From: Candidatus Poribacteria bacterium | Lineage (GTDB): Bacteria > Poribacteria > WGA-4E > JAJDTR01 | NCBI GenBank assembly: GCA_965232535.1 | Contig: CBDDPW010000020.1 | Span: forward strand, 213,702-277,701 | Reading direction: 5' to 3' | DNA length: 64,000 nt | Shown here: positions 17,828 through 27,229 of the stretch, in pieces | Position numbering within the stretch: position 1 is the stretch's first letter | How the letters are laid out: each line of letters starts with the position of its first letter | The notes under the pieces: generated by a model | The model's input: only the letters and a program-made list of their open reading frames with translations | Told to the model about the DNA's origin: nothing | Databases searched by the model: none | Position numbers and translations under genes: made by a program

Positions 17828-17910
17828 CCAGAGCGCGTCGCAGTTATGCGGTGAACCGGCCAACAAATCTGTACTAGAACTACCGCTTGCAAACAGTGGA
17901 GCGCACATAT

Positions 17911-19944
17911 CTAGTCGGCTACTATCCGGCGCAAATTGAACCCGCTCCACACCCAGTGCGCGCGGCGTTCATTGCCGGAAGCATGGATAACTAAGATAAG
18001 CGTTCCATCACTCACTTCAACAGTAAATCTTCCCTCAACTATCTCATTGCTGTCGGGCGCCACAGTCTGAATCTCGCACCTTCCATTTGCGTAAAGTTCG
18101 ATGCGGTGCTCTTTCCCGTCATTCGATTGAAAGCGGCACATTACTTCATACTCTCCGTTTGGCAGGTCAATCCTGAAAGCCGCGTCCTCCGTATCCCAAA
18201 CGCCAGTGCCCATAATCTCGCCGTCATTTTGGAAAGAATGTCTGGGATATACCGTGTCCCATCCGAAACCACCGGGTTGATACCGTGTGTCGACAAAGAC
18301 TGGTATAGACATACCGTCAAAAGCGGCTGGATTGGAGGCATCTTTGGCTTGCATCTGAAAGTTTACTTGCTCGGCATTAGCGTACTTTCGCCGCGCCTGA
18401 GTGTTTTCGTTATGATTCCTGTGCCGAAAAATTCGATACGGTTTGGAATATTTTCGAGATTCGGGAGTGGAGTGGACAATACCGTAGTCACCCCTGTACT
18501 TTTCCATTTGAGGGCTATCTTCCTCTACGTTCCATCCCAATCGATAATCAATGAACCCGCCCGGGTATTGATGCCGCTTTTTGTCATCCTTGAAATTGAG
18601 CGGGAAATAGTTGAATTGCGCTTCGTAGTTGCCGATAAATACCCTGTCTCCCGGTATCATGTGGTACAAGTAGAGGTTGCAATGCGGATGCGGGATATCG
18701 GACTGCCACCTGTCATCCCAGTCGTCGTTGTCGGGTCCCATATTTTCAAAGACAATGTGGTCCGGGAATGAGTCCAGCGCGGCAGCGTAGTCGTCCATGG
18801 AGCGATTAAAGCCGTAGTAATCCCGACAGGTATATCCCAAATGAACGACTGAGAGAAAAACCATCAATACAACAGCGCACCACCGAACCGTCTTGTGGAA
18901 ATCTAGGTTGAGCCACGGCAACAGGATGGGTATCCAGAACATGTGAATTCGTTCACTGATGTAGCCGCCATCCCCTATCCACCGCGGCGCTTTGAAGTAC
19001 GCAATCACGAAAACGATGGATAGGATAAGAAATAAGTCCCGGTTCGCCAGCCATTGCCTCGGTTGGATTTTGTCCTTCCATAGAGTCCACAAAATCAGTA
19101 GCCCGATAAATCCGAGAAGTACGTAATTTGCCCAGACGTGACTCTCGTTAAAGTACACGAGCGCCTTCGTCTGCAGAAAATATTCCCATAACTGCTCGGA
19201 GCTCCAGTACCGATACAGCTTGTCCGTGGCGTCGTTGAGCAGGTAGTTTACCATAATGAATCCCGCCGGGAGCATATATCCGGCGAAAATGAGTAGTTTC
19301 CTCGGTGCAACAATCAGCCGTAGAGCGCAAATGGAAAGTGTCGCCAGCATCAGCCCATACGATGAAATATGGCAGAAATACAGCAAGATCATGAGAGCGT
19401 AAAGCGCGCCGATGTCCGCGAGCGACATGGACTCATGGTGCCGCCACCAGTAGCCGAGGAGAAAGAAGAAAACCGGGAAACTTATTGCGAAGTTGTAAAA
19501 GCCCATGTGGAGCAGATAGTTATATCCATAAAGAAATCCAAGCAACCCGAGAATCTGGTTGCCTGATCCGAATAACGTCTCAGCATTGCCTCCGGCAATT
19601 GCGCGCAAAAAGTAAAATAGCGATAACGGCGCCAATGCGATGCAAAGGGTCAGCAGGATTTTCTCCGCGATAATCGGGGACACGAGGAACATCAAGCCAG
19701 CCATAAGGGCATGGGAAAACCAGTTCGGGAAGAGAGTTAGGTTGAGTTCAAAACACTCCCGAACCTTATACATGGCGGGGTTGTTGTATTCTTTTAGCAA
19801 ATATGCGTTGTAGATATGGGAGGCGCCGTCTTGCGACGGGAAGTATTTGAATACCCAGAGAGGCAGGAGGTGGGCGACAAGCAGCGCCATGACGATGTAT
19901 GTGAAGGTTGACCTCTGCCGAAAGAGATGAAGATATTTGTTCAT
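17911..19944 (-). CDS. large polytopic membrane protein (about 10-12 TM) with C-terminal beta-sandwich/CBM-like soluble domain
   Basis: The N-terminal ~400 aa are dominated by hydrophobic helices, and the first loop is YFPSQDGASHIYN. The C-terminal ~170 aa (GGFGWDTVYP...GEYEVMCRFQSNDGKEHRIELYANG...TLILVIHASG) look like a carbohydrate-binding-type sandwich. I can make no family assignment. Confidence 0.7.
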   Translation of the reverse strand: MNKYLHLFRQRSTFTYIVMALLVAHLLPLWVFKYFPSQDGASHIYNAYLLKEYNNPAMYKVRECFELNLTLFPNWFSHALMAGLMFLVSPIIAEKILLTLCIALAPLSLFYFLRAIAGGNAETLFGSGNQILGLLGFLYGYNYLLHMGFYNFAISFPVFFFLLGYWWRHHESMSLADIGALYALMILLYFCHISSYGLMLATLSICALRLIVAPRKLLIFAGYMLPAGFIMVNYLLNDATDKLYRYWSSEQLWEYFLQTKALVYFNESHVWANYVLLGFIGLLILWTLWKDKIQPRQWLANRDLFLILSIVFVIAYFKAPRWIGDGGYISERIHMFWIPILLPWLNLDFHKTVRWCAVVLMVFLSVVHLGYTCRDYYGFNRSMDDYAAALDSFPDHIVFENMGPDNDDWDDRWQSDIPHPHCNLYLYHMIPGDRVFIGNYEAQFNYFPLNFKDDKKRHQYPGGFIDYRLGWNVEEDSPQMEKYRGDYGIVHSTPESRKYSKPYRIFRHRNHNENTQARRKYANAEQVNFQMQAKDASNPAAFDGMSIPVFVDTRYQPGGFGWDTVYPRHSFQNDGEIMGTGVWDTEDAAFRIDLPNGEYEVMCRFQSNDGKEHRIELYANGRCEIQTVAPDSNEIVEGRFTVEVSDGTLILVIHASGNERRAHWVWSGFNLRRIVAD

Positions 19945-20035
19945 ATTAGCCTACGTGCACGACGCCGTCTTAACGTGATCGGACGTTTTTTTACAACGTG
20001 GGTGAAAACAGGTCAATCACAATGGATTTGGAGGT

Positions 20036-20091
20036 AAAAAATAAGGGGTAGATAGATGTATATGAAATCATAACACCACTATCTACCCCTT
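20036..20091 (-). terminator. Rho-independent terminator after sialidase paralog 2
   Basis: A perfect 13-bp inverted repeat AAGGGGTAGATAG (20043-20055) / CTATCTACCCCTT (20079-20091). On the minus strand it is followed by ATTTTTT. It lies 44 nt downstream of the stop at 20135. Confidence 0.7.
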
Positions 20092-20134
20092 ACGCGATTA
20101 TGTAAAGCCGAAGATTCCAGATAAAGGTCGGCGA

Positions 20135-21376
20135 TCAAATTGATGTCGAGCCGGACTGATCGAGTTCCAACCAAGCGAGGTTGAAACGGCAGACGTACGT
20201 GTCGTACGCGCATAGGATGGTGCCGTCCTCCAACACCGCCAAAGACGAATACCCCGCTTGTTCGCTGACACGCCGTGATATCGACCACGTCTTGCAATCG
20301 TCATGACTCACGCGCACTGTCAGATCACGGCGCTGACCAGCCTTCCCTCCTCGAGGGTGCAATTGACTCTTCCCCTCGTGAACAGCCGGATTGGAAAACA
20401 GGACACAACCCGGTTCATTGTCGTTCGGGAATGAATAGCGCATCAGCGCCGCATGACAGCGATTTTCAATAAGCGTACGGTCTACTCCAAACTCAGTAAA
20501 ACTTTCGCCGCCATCCCGGCTAATGCACCAGGATCGGTAACCCATCGATCTCGGATCGTGGTTGCGGTTGTTCATATAAATCGAACCGTCGGATAGCTCA
20601 ACGATACACGCTTCGCCGCAATGGCCCTGCGAATTGCCGCCCCAATGCCACGTTTCGCCGTGGTCGTCACTGTAAATGACCATGTTATGCGCTTCATGGT
20701 CGAGAACTTGCGCGATTTCTCCTATACCATCGTCATAGACATCCCCTAAGGCAGGGTGATAGTAAATGATATTATGCTTGGAAGGGTCTACCTCCTGCCA
20801 ATTCCCGGTAAAGTATCTGCCCGGCACTACCAACCGCCCCCGGTGTGGGCCGCGTTGGAGTTGGATGCCGGTCCCGATAAACCATGCCAATCCAGCCCCC
20901 GGATAGGTGTAAAACTGCTCCGAGATGTCGGTTGAAGTCCACGTGCGGCCATCGTCCACACTACGTTCCAGCGTCAAGCACGCGCCCATCTGACGCCCTT
21001 TTTCATAGTTGGCGATGAGCCAGCTCTCGGAGAGCGGTTTGCCGTGATCGTCCTGAAGGGGCCAAGTGCCCTGCGTAAACATAAAAATTTCGCCCGTGCT
21101 GCGGTCGACAACACTGGCTAGCAATCCTCTTTTCTCGGGCTCCCACCAGTTCATCTCATCAAGTGTCCAACTACGACCGCTGTCGACGCTGCGTGCTCGA
21201 AGATGCATCCAAGGGAATCCGTGGTCGGCGCCGCCGGGCAAGCGAGCCGTCGGCAACGTGGTGCCGAAGGCGATAACCGCACCGGAGTTGGTCACCTCCA
21301 AATAGATGTTGCCCTTCTTTGTTTGCCCCGGCACCGGGTCGAATACGCGAATCTGTTCGTAGAATGGTTGGTTCAT
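20135..21376 (-). CDS. BNR/Asp-box exo-alpha-sialidase-like protein, paralog 2, no signal peptide
   Basis: Asp boxes SVDSGRSW, SVDDGRTW, SDDHGETW, SRDGGESF, SHDDCKTW. Collinear with the 15092-16204 product. Confidence 0.85.
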   Translation of the reverse strand: MNQPFYEQIRVFDPVPGQTKKGNIYLEVTNSGAVIAFGTTLPTARLPGGADHGFPWMHLRARSVDSGRSWTLDEMNWWEPEKRGLLASVVDRSTGEIFMFTQGTWPLQDDHGKPLSESWLIANYEKGRQMGACLTLERSVDDGRTWTSTDISEQFYTYPGAGLAWFIGTGIQLQRGPHRGRLVVPGRYFTGNWQEVDPSKHNIIYYHPALGDVYDDGIGEIAQVLDHEAHNMVIYSDDHGETWHWGGNSQGHCGEACIVELSDGSIYMNNRNHDPRSMGYRSWCISRDGGESFTEFGVDRTLIENRCHAALMRYSFPNDNEPGCVLFSNPAVHEGKSQLHPRGGKAGQRRDLTVRVSHDDCKTWSISRRVSEQAGYSSLAVLEDGTILCAYDTYVCRFNLAWLELDQSGSTSI

Positions 21377-21416
21377 ATCGAAGGTATTCCTTAAGAGTTA
21401 GGCCGTTACCCGGGCA

Positions 21417-22184
21417 TCACCGGATCTTCTTGATGCCGCCCCAGGTTGCGGCGAGTTTTGCCCCCGGCTCGACTGCCAAGGTCATCAAATCAGGAATTGC
21501 GCGGGCGGGCAACTGTTCGTCATGGATTTTCAACTCGTCGACTATTGAGTATGTTGGGAATTTCGCAGGGTCCGTTTCGTTGTTGTTGATTGACAGCCGT
21601 TCAATGATATTGGCGGGCCCGCCTTTGTACCGGTTTTGGGCAGCCAGTTCGCCGTCAAGATACAGATGGAGCCCGGCAGCTCCCCATGTTCCAGCCATGT
21701 GATGGGTTTCACCCTCTTTCCAATTCAACTTGGCGCTTACGGCGTTGTGCCACTCGTTACGCACTTCCCGCACGCGGAATTGTGCAACCGGACGGTTTCT
21801 ACCTCCGCCAATCATCAAACCGATAGCATCTGTTTGGGCTCTGTTATACGCCCAAAACATAAAGGCTTCGTCCTTGCCGGTTTTGTTGGTGAACTTATCT
21901 ATGTCCCAACCCAGAATCAACCAGCATTCCAACGTTCCTTCATCCAGATAATGTTTACCCAACATCTCGTGCATCGGAAAGTGTACTACGGCGGATTTTT
22001 CGTCGCTGATGAATCCGTTCCCCCGCACCCCCGGCACGAAATGGCCGCCGCCCACGACCGAGCCGCCTTCCCTCTTGACTGAGGCATTACTTTCCAACGT
22101 TGTGTGAAAGGTTATCTTAGCGGTGGCAGATAGTAGAGGTACAAAAAACAGAGCGGCGGTTATACTATAGAATACCTTTTTCAT
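21417..22184 (-). CDS. secreted LamG/concanavalin-A-like lectin-fold protein, paralog 1
   Basis: Signal peptide MKKVFYSITAALFFVPLLSATA. GTLECWLILGWD, HHMAGTWGAAGLHLYLDGEL and SIVDELKIHDEQL follow the LamG jelly-roll pattern. Confidence 0.75.
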   Translation of the reverse strand: MKKVFYSITAALFFVPLLSATAKITFHTTLESNASVKREGGSVVGGGHFVPGVRGNGFISDEKSAVVHFPMHEMLGKHYLDEGTLECWLILGWDIDKFTNKTGKDEAFMFWAYNRAQTDAIGLMIGGGRNRPVAQFRVREVRNEWHNAVSAKLNWKEGETHHMAGTWGAAGLHLYLDGELAAQNRYKGGPANIIERLSINNNETDPAKFPTYSIVDELKIHDEQLPARAIPDLMTLAVEPGAKLAATWGGIKKIR

Positions 22185-22338
22185 AACTCAACATTCCGCC
22201 TTTCACAAAGGATATCCAAGACTTACGTCGTAGCTTTCTAATTGTATAACGTTTCGCAGCCCCGGAACTATTATCACCGATACTGTCGCCGATCTTCGGT
22301 GCTTCTCGGACGACTAATCCGGCGTGTAACTCAGGTAC

Positions 22339-22402
22339 ATAAAAGAATGGCTCATGCCAACAGGTCGTGCAAAACTAGTGCACGTCGTGTTTACATGAGC
22401 CA
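22339..22402 (-). terminator. probable Rho-independent terminator after LamG paralog 2
   Basis: TGGCTCATG (22348-22356) pairs with CATGAGCCA (22394-22402), with an inner stem CGTGCA/TGCACG. On the minus strand it is followed by TTCTTTTAT. Confidence 0.5.
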
Positions 22403-22459
22403 ATGTCAACTGATGTGCTGAAATCCGATCGATTTCAACTCACCATTGTGCGAGGTTAT

Positions 22460-23245
22460 CTACTGTCGCTTCACCGCTGCCCACGTTGTGGCGAGTTTGG
22501 CAGTTGGATCGACGGATGTTGCAGCTTCCGCCACTCTTTGTTCATACAGAGCAGCTACCTCGTCATCGTCGAGTTGTACGTCATGAATCCGCAGCTCGTC
22601 CACGATCGAGAACGTAGCGAAATTAGCCGGATCGGACTCATTGTTGTTGATGGACAGCCTTTCGATAGGATTCTTGGGCCCGCCGACGTAAGGATCGTCC
22701 GCCGCCCATTCACCGTCCAAGTACAGATTGACTGCGTTCGGTCCCCACGTTCCGAGCATGTGGTGGGCTTCGCCCTCTTTCCAGTCCAATTCCTCGCTAG
22801 CCGCACTATGCCATTCTTCGTCGACTTCCCTAACGCGGAACCAGGCAATCGGCGTATTATGACCGCCGCCGACCATCAAGCCGATGGCGTCCGTGCCGGC
22901 CTTATTATAGGACCAGAACATGAAGGCTTCGGCTCTATCGGTGACATCGGAGAACTTATCGAGGTCCCAACCTAGCACCAACCAGCACTCTAACGTTCCT
23001 TGTTCTTGATAACCCGGGATGTGACCCTCAAAGGGATAGTGCACCACTGCTTCTGTCTCGTCACTGATGAATCCGTTCCCGACAACGCCCGGAACGAAAC
23101 TACCACCGCCGACGACCGATCCGCCGGTCGCTTCCACCTGTTCCTTGCTTTCCAAAGCCGCATGGAAGGTTACCTTGGCGGATGCTGACAGAATCGGCAT
23201 TGCGACCAAAGCAACGCATGTGAGGATATACATCATCTTTTTCAT
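22460..23245 (-). CDS. secreted LamG/concanavalin-A-like lectin-fold protein, paralog 2
   Basis: Start moved to ATG 23245 (RBS GGAG), which gives signal peptide MKKMMYILTCVALVAMPILSASA. Collinear with paralog 1 (GTLECWLVLGWD, HHMLGTWGPNAVNLYLDGEW, SIVDELRIHDVQL). Confidence 0.75.
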   Translation of the reverse strand: MKKMMYILTCVALVAMPILSASAKVTFHAALESKEQVEATGGSVVGGGSFVPGVVGNGFISDETEAVVHYPFEGHIPGYQEQGTLECWLVLGWDLDKFSDVTDRAEAFMFWSYNKAGTDAIGLMVGGGHNTPIAWFRVREVDEEWHSAASEELDWKEGEAHHMLGTWGPNAVNLYLDGEWAADDPYVGGPKNPIERLSINNNESDPANFATFSIVDELRIHDVQLDDDEVAALYEQRVAEAATSVDPTAKLATTWAAVKRQ

Positions 23246-23483
23246 CGTTAATCTCCAAATGTTGAATTTCGACTGAACCGCCGTCTTAGCGGGTTTCAAT
23301 CTATCCATGTTTCGTTGTATGCGGGGACTACACTGGGACGGATTTCCCGATGCAGCCCTGCTGTAAACATTGATTGTATCCATCCGCTATGCTGATGTCA
23401 AGGGAAATCGAGCGAGCGACATGGGAAACGCAGCTGATTTCTCAGCGACAATCCGTAGGTTGGGTTGAACTATCAAGCGAGCA

Positions 23484-23726
23484 GGTCGCGATTCGGAGAT
23501 CGCTCCTACCGGTTAGGGGTGCAGTGATTGCTCCGACCGCATGTTCCTTGTAGGAGGGAACTCCGATTCCCGACACGTCATTGCACCGATCGAGTCGCGA
23601 TTCGGAGATCGCTCCTACCAGTCAGGGGTGCGGTGATGCTCCAATCGCATGTTTCTTGTAGGAGGGAACTCCAATTCCCGACACGGTGTTGCACCGATCG
23701 GGTCGCGATTCGGAGATCGCTCCTAC
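23484..23726. repeat. tandem array (2.2 units, period 108-110 bp) of an inverted REP doublet
   Basis: GGTCGCGATTCGGAGATCGCTCCTAC occurs at 23484, 23594 and 23701. GTAGGAGGGAACTCC(G/A)ATTCCC occurs at 23550-23571 and 23658-23679. The intervening segments are also homologous to each other. Confidence 0.85.
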
Positions 23727-23732
23727 CGGAGG

Positions 23733-24530
23733 TTACGTAGAAAGCCGCGCGTTAGCCAATGCTTCGCGTTCTTCGTTTTGCCAAGGGCGGTGTGCCGGTT
23801 TGTCGCGTCGTTTTGGAGGTGCGCCAAATACGAGAATATAAGCGCGTCTCGGGGTGTCCGTCAAATTTGGTCCCGCGTAATGGAGGGTTCGGCAGTGATG
23901 GAAGGTTGCCCCGCCCGCCGGAATGGGGCAAGCAACCGCTTGGGATGGGTCGACATCATCGGTGATCAATCCGTGCACCAACGGGTCGTTGTCGATGTGG
24001 CGATGCCAACGGACATCGGTTTTGTGGGAGGCCGGGATGAACTGCATGCAGCCGCCCTCCACCGTGGCGGGATCAAGTGGCAGCCAGACGCTAAGACTGT
24101 GAGGAATGACCTCCGGATTCCAGTAGGCTTCGTCCTGATGCCAAGGCGTTTCTCCGCCGTATCGAGCGGGTTTCAAAATCATGTGACCGCCTCCGGTCAT
24201 GCTCTCCGCTTCAACGCCAAGAAGCTTGGCAGCGAGGTGGTGTGCGTTACGGAAGTAGCTAGTTTCCCTGAGTTCGGGAAACGAGGCTTCCGGGCCGAGT
24301 ACCTGCGGCAGTGTTTCACGGCCGGAGTGTGCGCGGGGGCCTGCGAGATCGAAATACCTTCCCTCTTTTTCACCGGTGCGCTGATTAAAGAGTTGATTGT
24401 AAAGATCCTTCAACCATTCTACTTCAGCATCTGTAGTGATACGCTGAATGCTCAGGAACCCATTTTCCCGGAAGAACGAGGTTTGTTCATCCGTAATGTC
24501 CACTTGATAGGCAGGATGCGGTGTCATCAA
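23733..24530 (-). CDS. phytanoyl-CoA dioxygenase (PhyH) family Fe(II)/2-oxoglutarate oxygenase
   Basis: TDEQTSFFRENGFL at the N-terminus, metal triad WHQDEAYW ... distal His (FHHCRTLHYAGPN), and Arg in RRAY. Confidence 0.85.
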   Translation of the reverse strand: MMTPHPAYQVDITDEQTSFFRENGFLSIQRITTDAEVEWLKDLYNQLFNQRTGEKEGRYFDLAGPRAHSGRETLPQVLGPEASFPELRETSYFRNAHHLAAKLLGVEAESMTGGGHMILKPARYGGETPWHQDEAYWNPEVIPHSLSVWLPLDPATVEGGCMQFIPASHKTDVRWHRHIDNDPLVHGLITDDVDPSQAVACPIPAGGATFHHCRTLHYAGPNLTDTPRRAYILVFGAPPKRRDKPAHRPWQNEEREALANARLST

Positions 24531-24554
24531 TCTTCTCCTTTAGACGAAAAGGCT

Positions 24555-24575
24555 GGTGCGCAATGCGCACCCTAC
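24555..24575 (-). repeat. REP-like hairpin GGTGCGCAATGCGCACC + CTAC
   Basis: The minus strand reads GTAGGGTGCGCATTGCGCACC. It lies between the dtd stop and the PhyH start. Confidence 0.7.
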
Positions 24576-24592
24576 AAGCTGTGATAGTAAAA

Positions 24593-25042
24593 TCAAAACA
24601 ACTTGCTGCTATCAAGCAGAATGGTGACCGGTCCATCGTTGACCAATTCCACGTCCATCATGGCTTGGAAGATTCCCGATCGGACAGAGATCCCCGTGTT
24701 CGAAAGGGCGCGAATGAACTGTTGATAAAGCGCTTCCGCTTTATCGGGTGGAGCTGCGTCTATAAAGCTTGGCCGCCGCCCCTTGCGACAATCGCCGTAA
24801 AGCGTGAACTGAGAGACCACAAGCGCCTCACCGCCAACCTCTAGGAGGGAACGATTCATCCGTCCTTCATCGTCTTCAAAAACGCGAAGATTCGCAACCT
24901 TGTTTGTGAGGTAATCGAGATCGGCGGAAGTATCCTCGTGAGCGACCCCATGAAAGATGAGCAGCCCTTTACCAATTTCGGAAATCAGTTTTCCATCCAC
25001 CGTCACGCTCGCAGACGCAACGCGCTGAACAACAGCTCTCAT
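24593..25042 (-). CDS. dtd: D-aminoacyl-tRNA deacylase
   Basis: [17 protein letters not shown]...GLLIFHGV...QFTLYGD...GRRPSF...V.NDGPVT is the Dtd signature series. Length 149 aa. Confidence 0.92.
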   Translation of the reverse strand: MRAVVQRVASASVTVDGKLISEIGKGLLIFHGVAHEDTSADLDYLTNKVANLRVFEDDEGRMNRSLLEVGGEALVVSQFTLYGDCRKGRRPSFIDAAPPDKAEALYQQFIRALSNTGISVRSGIFQAMMDVELVNDGPVTILLDSSKLF

Positions 25043-25103
25043 GCTACTTTTCGTCGCCGCGACGCTTAATCTATTCGGTCGCTTGATTGCTTAGACCTTA
25101 TGG

Positions 25104-26066
25104 TCAAAACTGGATTTCATCCTGTTTTGGGGCGGATGGCGCAATCATACGCCCCCTTTCTCCGCCCACAACCAATGAAAATTGAAAGCCCGGCTCACTG
25201 ACATATCCGAAATGAAACGAGGAGCGATTGGAGATTTCATATCGTACTCCGACGCTGAGTTGATTGCTGATGGTCATACCGGCAAGAGGCAATTCTCGCG
25301 AGAAATCACCGACCAGCCACAGGTCGTGCGAAAGCAACACCTCGCCACCAAGCTGCCAGTTCAATAAAAATGAATCCGTTGCTCTGAAGGACTTTGAAGA
25401 GAGATACATCCCAACGCCGGCGTGTCCTCGAGCGAACTCACCGAATCGGAGCGCGCCTAGAAGATAGGTGTTGATTCCAACAAACGGGAAACTGTCGGCA
25501 GGTGTAAGATCGAGAAAATCCCCTGCTCCACTTAGTCGGTCGTCGGCGGAATAGCCGATCTGCATGTCTCCACCGATGGACAATTTGGGCAACCCATCGC
25601 TATCGTCAGGCTTAATGCCGTATTTCAAACCCACGACAGTGTCGAACAGCGCTTGATCGTACACTCGCCGATCTCGTTCCGGATCGCCCGTTTCATAAAA
25701 ATCGTAGACAGTTTTGTAAACGCCGCCGGTAGAGAATGTCCCCCCTAGGACTAGATCGAGGTTCTCGCCAATGCCGTAAGAGAATCGAATCGGCATCAAA
25801 AAAGTCTGTACGTTCATCTCTACTGTGTGCAATTCTTCAAAATTTCCGATTTCAACGGCTTGGTCTTCCGCGACGACTCGTCCTTTCTGAAACTGAAAGT
25901 GTCCGACGGATGTTGTATATCCACCTTTTCCCAACGTGTCGGCGGTCTGCATCAGCGCAAGCTGAGGCGCAGGGGGAACTTGCCCAGATCCTGATTTCGC
26001 AATCAAAATTAGCAACGTACAACAGGTTAATGAAGTCCAACGATGTATTGACCGAAGAGATTGCAT
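25104..26066 (-). CDS. predicted outer-membrane beta-barrel protein (unknown family)
   Basis: Start moved to ATG 26066 (RBS AAGGA), which gives a signal-like N-terminus. Alternating hydrophobic beta-strand pattern with frequent G/Y/F, and a C-terminal ...DEIQF aromatic terminus typical of OMPs. Confidence 0.6.
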   Translation of the reverse strand: MQSLRSIHRWTSLTCCTLLILIAKSGSGQVPPAPQLALMQTADTLGKGGYTTSVGHFQFQKGRVVAEDQAVEIGNFEELHTVEMNVQTFLMPIRFSYGIGENLDLVLGGTFSTGGVYKTVYDFYETGDPERDRRVYDQALFDTVVGLKYGIKPDDSDGLPKLSIGGDMQIGYSADDRLSGAGDFLDLTPADSFPFVGINTYLLGALRFGEFARGHAGVGMYLSSKSFRATDSFLLNWQLGGEVLLSHDLWLVGDFSRELPLAGMTISNQLSVGVRYEISNRSSFHFGYVSEPGFQFSLVVGGERGRMIAPSAPKQDEIQF

Positions 26067-26133
26067 ATGGTTGTCCTTGTCGGTTGTATGAGTGTAATTT
26101 AAGTAGTCGGATATAGAGACGGCATGCGAGTAA

Positions 26134-27228
26134 TCATCGTGCCGCGACCAGCTCGCTTTCGTCCAAGCTGCCATCGGCTCTGGGCGTGTCGTCGAACGCG
26201 GTGATGAAGTATGTTCTGGCGACAAGTTTTTGACCTACCAAAATCGCTTGATCGGCGGAAAATTTGTGAGAACTATGCTTCGCATCCACTCTAGGGCGCG
26301 AAAGCAACTCGCCATCAGCCGATGTCGCGTAGAGTTGATAACCCGCTAGGTCTGCCTCTTTATTGGGTGTCCAAGAGAAGTATACATCGTATCTGCCGCC
26401 TGCCGGGAGCGGGATTATGGCAGCGCGAAAGCCTTGCGGAGGCGCCGGCGGCAGATCCGGCGAGGCTGCTCGAATCCTTGTAACGGCTTCAACTCCAGCG
26501 CGATCAACGGCGATGACATGGTACACTTTTGTGATCCCATCCCTACTAAAGTCTTCATCGAAAAAGAACGGCCTATCCTTTGTTGTTTCGCCAAGCAAGC
26601 GAAACTTACCGAGACCGCCGCTATCATCTACAACCGCGGCTAACACCCTGAAAATTTCAAAGTCCTGGGGAGGCACATAATCTTGCCAGAACAGTTTTAC
26701 GGTCAGGTCGGTCGGATCTCCAAGAACGATCGTTGGAGCGGGAGGCGGTTCACTCGGCGTGACGCTAACGATGGGCCAAATTTTGAGCGGATCCGCATCC
26801 TCGCTCGGCGGTGCGTTCGGATCCGGGGTCTCGACTCCATCACTGTCCACGTACGTGATCCGATATTCGTAGACTAACGCCGTGCCAAGTTCCGAATCGA
26901 ACTGATCGTTATTGATGTCCTTGGTGTCGAGGAATTCGGTGGTCGGCGCATCAACTTCCGCAATCCTTTGAAACTGCGGGTTCGGGTCGCCCGAATAGCG
27001 TCGATAAACGCGATATTTAGCAATCCCGTCATATTCGACATGCTTCCACGACACTCTCACTTGCTGATTACCGGGCGCCAGCGTTAAACCGGTCGGCGCT
27101 CCGGCTGTCCGCAGATTCTCCGGATCCAACGGATTGCTAAAATCTTCATCGCCTGTGCAACTCGTGCAGATGAACGCGATAAAAAGTACGAGGAGTGGTG
27201 ACAGGTTTTTGATTTTCATACGATTCAC
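26134..27228 (-). CDS. lipoprotein with tandem fibronectin-type-III-like domains
   Basis: Lipobox LFIAFICTSC. Repeated Fn3-like segments (LTLAPGNQQVRVSWKHVEYDGIAKYRVYRR; LTVKLFWQDYVPPQDFEIFRV; YDVYFSWTPNKEADLAGYQLY). Confidence 0.7.
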   Translation of the reverse strand: MNRMKIKNLSPLLVLFIAFICTSCTGDEDFSNPLDPENLRTAGAPTGLTLAPGNQQVRVSWKHVEYDGIAKYRVYRRYSGDPNPQFQRIAEVDAPTTEFLDTKDINNDQFDSELGTALVYEYRITYVDSDGVETPDPNAPPSEDADPLKIWPIVSVTPSEPPPAPTIVLGDPTDLTVKLFWQDYVPPQDFEIFRVLAAVVDDSGGLGKFRLLGETTKDRPFFFDEDFSRDGITKVYHVIAVDRAGVEAVTRIRAASPDLPPAPPQGFRAAIIPLPAGGRYDVYFSWTPNKEADLAGYQLYATSADGELLSRPRVDAKHSSHKFSADQAILVGQKLVARTYFITAFDDTPRADGSLDESELVAAR

Positions 27229-27229
27229 C

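Noticed and set aside
23484-23726. A 26-nt repeat spaced by ~83 nt, occurring three times, looked superficially like a mini CRISPR array.
   Set aside because: The would-be spacers are homologous to each other and contain a second hairpin repeat, so this is a tandem duplication of a REP doublet. No cas genes are nearby, and the spacing is too long for CRISPR.
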